From: Schmidtea nova
Lineage: Eukaryota
Direction: 5' to 3'
Length of the DNA stretch: 64,000 bases
NCBI GenBank assembly: GCA_044892505.1
Contig: CM097882.1
Location: forward strand, 262,446,001-262,510,000
A model generated the notes under the pieces. It did no database searches and was not told where the DNA came from. It saw only the letters and a program-made list of their open reading frames with translations. Below are positions 60,746 to 64,000 of the stretch, piece after piece. Made by a program: the position numbers and the translations under genes. Every line of letters starts with the position of its first letter. Position 1 is the stretch's first letter.

Positions 60746-62122
60746 TTACGCCAACCATCCTTTTTTATCCGTTTTCTCATGCCTCTCCATCTCTATGTAT
60801 AGCGTGTCTGCATATAGTCGCTCCCACAGGTTTTCCTTCCTTATAAACATTGGTTCTCCTGCTGCTAGTCCGCATTCCGTTGTTGGTTTTTCACTTGTAC
60901 TCGTATGTTTGTCTGTTTCAAAGAACTTTTCTACTGGTTTTACCATACTTTTGATTCTTATAATGACTCCTACTTTCAAGGGCCATTCTATTAGGTCATC
61001 GTATTCTCCTTTACATAGTGAGAAGAATATTGACACGTGTGTTCCTTGTCCTCTTCCGTCTCCATTTGGGTATACTTTCAATCTTATTTTAGCCCCGTTT
61101 TTCCATAAGTAAAATGGTGGGCTTATTACTGCTGTTTTCGTCATATTTCTGGCTTCTGCTAGTTTGTCTCTGAACTCTGTTACTTTCCATAGGTAAGGTG
61201 CGATTGGTAAGTCCCTTCTTTCGTCAATTTCTCGTATTAATTGATTATATTGTATTTTCATTCCTTTTCCTAATTCTTCTATGGCTATTATTTTCTTTTC
61301 CATTCTTTCGCGAGTTAGTTCAAACTGCTCTCTTGTTTCTAGTAGTAAACTCATCATTATCTTATGTGATTCTACTTCTTTTTCTAATTTCTGAATTGTC
61401 CGTTCCGTTTCTTTAGTCGTTTCGTTTGTCATTTCCACATGCATTAGTGCTGCTTCTTCTAGATGTTGTTGCATTGTTTTTCGCGTCCGCTTTTCCTTGC
61501 ATCCATGCTTGTTATATGGGCATTCTCTTGGCCTTTCGGTACATAGTTTCCAATGTTCATGTAATTTTATTTCTTCTGTTATTTCGCAATTGTTTGGACA
61601 TTTACTTACATATTGTCTGCATACTTTCTCCTCTGTTATATTCAAGTGTTCCTCTTCGATTTTTCTCCTCGTTTCTCGAGTTTCACAATACTCGCATGCG
61701 ATTTCTTCTTCTTTACATTCTTCCTTGTGTTGTTCTCTCTTCTTTAGAGTTATTGTCTGTTGGCATTTCTCGCATTCGGCTCTCTTTTCCTCGCATTTTT
61801 CCATATGGTTTTCCAGATTGCTTATTTGTCCTTGCCATGTACAAGGTGTATTTACGCACTCCGTTGTGGTGCTCATAATTTCTCTTTGGGTTGCTTTGTC
61901 CGTTCTAGTTTCGTCCAACACTATTCTTCCCTCTTTACATTCTGGACATGTTGTTATTCCTGTTGCCTCTAATTCTTGTATACATTTTGTACATATTCTA
62001 CATCCACATATCGTTTGTCTGGGTTCTCGCAATAAATTATTACATTTTCCGCATGTGAGTCTCTTGCTCCATTTTCTGTTTTCTAGTCTCAAAATTTCGA
62101 TTATTCGTTCTTCTCTGTCCAT
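60746..62122 (-). CDS. TRAF: TRAF2/3-like adaptor: RING, TRAF zinc fingers, coiled coil, MATH (458 aa, intronless, intact)
   Basis: CGKCNNLLREPRQTICGCRICTKC..CPEC RING; CVNTPCTWQGQISNLENHMEKC fingers; YLWKVTEF..SPPFY..KIRLKVYPNGDGRGQGTHVSIFF..KGEYDDLIEWP MATH. Confidence 0.95.
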   Translation of the reverse strand: MDREERIIEILRLENRKWSKRLTCGKCNNLLREPRQTICGCRICTKCIQELEATGITTCPECKEGRIVLDETRTDKATQREIMSTTTECVNTPCTWQGQISNLENHMEKCEEKRAECEKCQQTITLKKREQHKEECKEEEIACEYCETRETRRKIEEEHLNITEEKVCRQYVSKCPNNCEITEEIKLHEHWKLCTERPRECPYNKHGCKEKRTRKTMQQHLEEAALMHVEMTNETTKETERTIQKLEKEVESHKIMMSLLLETREQFELTRERMEKKIIAIEELGKGMKIQYNQLIREIDERRDLPIAPYLWKVTEFRDKLAEARNMTKTAVISPPFYLWKNGAKIRLKVYPNGDGRGQGTHVSIFFSLCKGEYDDLIEWPLKVGVIIRIKSMVKPVEKFFETDKHTSTSEKPTTECGLAAGEPMFIRKENLWERLYADTLYIEMERHEKTDKKGWLA

Positions 62123-62215
62123 TTTCTACAATAATATATACATTCGACTTGTCATTTATTTTTTGATTTTTCTTGTTTTTATTTTTACATATTTACAGTT
62201 TTCCGCTTTATTTAT

Positions 62216-62572
62216 CTATGGCTCATTCGTTGAATCTGGTTCCGCTTCGTTGTTTAATCTATTTATTACCCAACTCATCCATCCTTCTTCGGATCCTTCT
62301 CTTTCTCCTCGTGTTAAATGGTTTATTTCTATTGCTTGTCTTTGATTGGTGTTGCTTATCGTTTGATTTTCTCTGGTGAGTTCAGTTATCGCTCTTTGTT
62401 GTTCTTCTATTCTGTGTAATTGTTCAAAACAGTTGTTATAACTTTCTGATAATAACATTTGTCTTTCCGCTAATTGGTTCTGTAATGAGTTGACTGTTCG
62501 TACTAATAAATCACATTGTGCCTTCCATCTCATAGCCATAGTTATTTCAGTTGTTTCGTCCTGTTCGGTCAT
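62216..62572 (-). CDS. Short coiled-coil protein (118 aa)
   Basis: Intact ORF with ATTTAG|AA ATG acceptor and heptad pattern. Confidence 0.65.
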   Translation of the reverse strand: MTEQDETTEITMAMRWKAQCDLLVRTVNSLQNQLAERQMLLSESYNNCFEQLHRIEEQQRAITELTRENQTISNTNQRQAIEINHLTRGEREGSEEGWMSWVINRLNNEAEPDSTNEP

Positions 62573-62696
62573 TTCTAAATTATATACATCATTTACTTTG
62601 TTTTTCTAGCTTTTTACAATTTTTATAATATCGATACCCATACTATTACGGTAATGCTTTGTTATTTACACTATTATTTACAGTCATAATCCGCCC

Positions 62697-63998
62697 CTAT
62701 ACCATCATTATCGTCTTTTCCTCGTATCGTTCTTCGTCTTCTATTTGTTTCCAGAATTCTTTACCTTTCGTTCTTCTTTGGAATTCTTGCTGTATCTCTT
62801 CTGGTATTTCTATTCTTTGCTTCATAATTTTAATATCTGGCCATTGTATGGCTGTCGCTTTGTTTCTCTTTCTGTATCTCCAATATATTATTATGCTTGT
62901 CGTCATTATCCCATATGCTATTAATATTCCTATACTGATTAATCCTATTACTGTTTTTCCACGGTTTGTTGCTTTGATTTTATTCTGATTCGCTTTTATC
63001 TCATTTTGGGTTTGAGCCTCTGGCTTCTTCTCCTTCTGTACTTGATTCTTGACTTTGTTCATTACTTCTTGTGTAGACCAATGGCGGTTTAGTAGTTGTT
63101 TGAAGTTATTTTCTTTTGTTCGGTTTTCCACGTTTCCTGGTTCGATCTGTTGTTGTAGTTTCTCTGAGATCTGATATAATCCGCATTCTGGTTTTTCTGA
63201 ACCTTTTCTAGTGAAGGTACATATCGCGTATGTCTTATTTACTTCCATTTTCTTTAATTCGACTTTTTCCTTATTCCCTGTTTCTTTACAGTGGGTTAGC
63301 TTGTCTTCTTCCCCTTCTGGGTTATGCTTTGTCCAACATATTCCTTTAACTGTCTGATCGAGTCCTGTTAATGTCAGAGTTCTTTCTGTCTTTGTTAATT
63401 CTTCTTCATCGAATTTCAGTATCTCTCCTTTTTGGAATGTCTTGCAATGCTCTATTCCCTCTTGGATTCCTCTCTCCCAGATACATATACTTCCTTCTTC
63501 ATTCATTTGTATTTCTTGTATTTCGATTTCCTTGTTTGTTCGTGATTCGTCGCTTGTCTGAACTTGGTATTCCTTCCTTGGTTCGTTGTATGTTCCCCAG
63601 CATAGTTTGTTGCTACTTGTTTTCCTTATTGTTATGGCCATTTGTTCTATTATTATTCCTTTATCGATACGTTTGGACATTGCTAGTATTAATGCTATGC
63701 ATACGCACTCCTGTTGGGGTAATATTCTTTCTCTCGTTTTATTGGTGCTTTTCTCTCCTTCTCCTGGTTTATCCGTTGTGTTTCTTATCTGAGTTGCTGG
63801 TTGATCTATGGTGTTTTTGATTTCTTTCTTTGTTGGTTTTACTCTATACCATTCGAGTCCAGGCGTTTCGTATTTTTGACATACGACTGTCTTAGGTAGC
63901 CCCGACTTCTTTTCCTTTCCTATTATGCATATCCTATGTATGATTCCTCTGTCCATCCCTTCTATTCGTACTATATCCTGGTCGGATTTTCTGATTAT
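62697..63998 (-). CDS. Type I membrane glycoprotein with FN3-like Cys-containing repeats; open to the window edge
   Basis: Frame open upstream of 63956 (IIRKSDQDIVRIEG). VRIEGMDRGIIHRICI and VELKKMEVNKTYAICT resemble FN3 E-F strands; N-glycosylation sequons; TM VIGLISIGILIAYGIMTTSIIIYW then RYRKRNK. Confidence 0.7.
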   Translation of the reverse strand: MIRKSDQDIVRIEGMDRGIIHRICIIGKEKKSGLPKTVVCQKYETPGLEWYRVKPTKKEIKNTIDQPATQIRNTTDKPGEGEKSTNKTRERILPQQECVCIALILAMSKRIDKGIIIEQMAITIRKTSSNKLCWGTYNEPRKEYQVQTSDESRTNKEIEIQEIQMNEEGSICIWERGIQEGIEHCKTFQKGEILKFDEEELTKTERTLTLTGLDQTVKGICWTKHNPEGEEDKLTHCKETGNKEKVELKKMEVNKTYAICTFTRKGSEKPECGLYQISEKLQQQIEPGNVENRTKENNFKQLLNRHWSTQEVMNKVKNQVQKEKKPEAQTQNEIKANQNKIKATNRGKTVIGLISIGILIAYGIMTTSIIIYWRYRKRNKATAIQWPDIKIMKQRIEIPEEIQQEFQRRTKGKEFWKQIEDEERYEEKTIMMV

Positions 63999-64000
63999 AC

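Larger units (their letters stand above)
56000..64000 (-). mobile_element. Large multi-ORF mobile element or endogenous virus segment (possibly the accessory region of a giant LTR retroelement)
   Basis: Seven co-oriented intact intronless ORFs, strongly A-rich coding strand, short spacers, and divergent relic copies of its 3' cassette elsewhere in the window. No gag/pol or capsid gene is inside the window. Confidence 0.6.

Noticed and set aside
58928-62900. TRAF-binding motifs in the two cytoplasmic tails
   Set aside because: No exact PxQxT, [PSAT]x[QE]E or PxExx(aromatic/acidic) match found; IPEEIQ is only partial.
59458-63820. Plus-strand Leu/Phe/Ser-rich ORFs such as 61497-62345
   Set aside because: Antisense shadows of the A-rich minus-strand genes.
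1-64000. Hammerhead ribozymes (Penelope/Terminon hypothesis for the multi-ORF element)
   Set aside because: By-eye search found no CTGATGA...GAAA core with flanking stems; an Infernal scan would be needed to exclude it.

Overview
AT-rich, transposon-dense eukaryotic scaffold window with three N gaps and no confidently supported host gene. Short 47-49 nt introns and the element mix suggest a planarian-like host (inference). (1) 1-11300 is the right part of a decayed Polinton/Maverick. It has a fragmented, intron-containing protein-primed PolB, a compact TBP-like gene, an adenovirus pX-like core peptide, unknown small ORFs, and a repeat-rich terminus ending ACTACT; a hAT with its own nested MITE interrupts it. 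(2) 14500-55400 is a transposon graveyard: several hAT families, one intact and one broken MULE, a mariner relic, two identical 72-bp piggyBac MITEs, two tRNA-iMet primer-binding sites, a tRNA-Ile(TAT)-like gene and two facing DEDDh-exonuclease relics. (3) 56000-64000 is an intact, minus-strand, A-rich, intronless multi-ORF array: FN3-like membrane protein, coiled-coil, full TRAF, coiled-coil and a second membrane protein, then a promoter-driven two-gene cassette. The gene junctions share a grammar: stop, TGTAAATA 14-18 nt later, then AG directly before the next ATG. An uncharacterised protein family from the two-gene cassette recurs as divergent relics at about 27.2 kb and 38.2 kb. No database searches were possible; all homologies are by-eye motif recognition.
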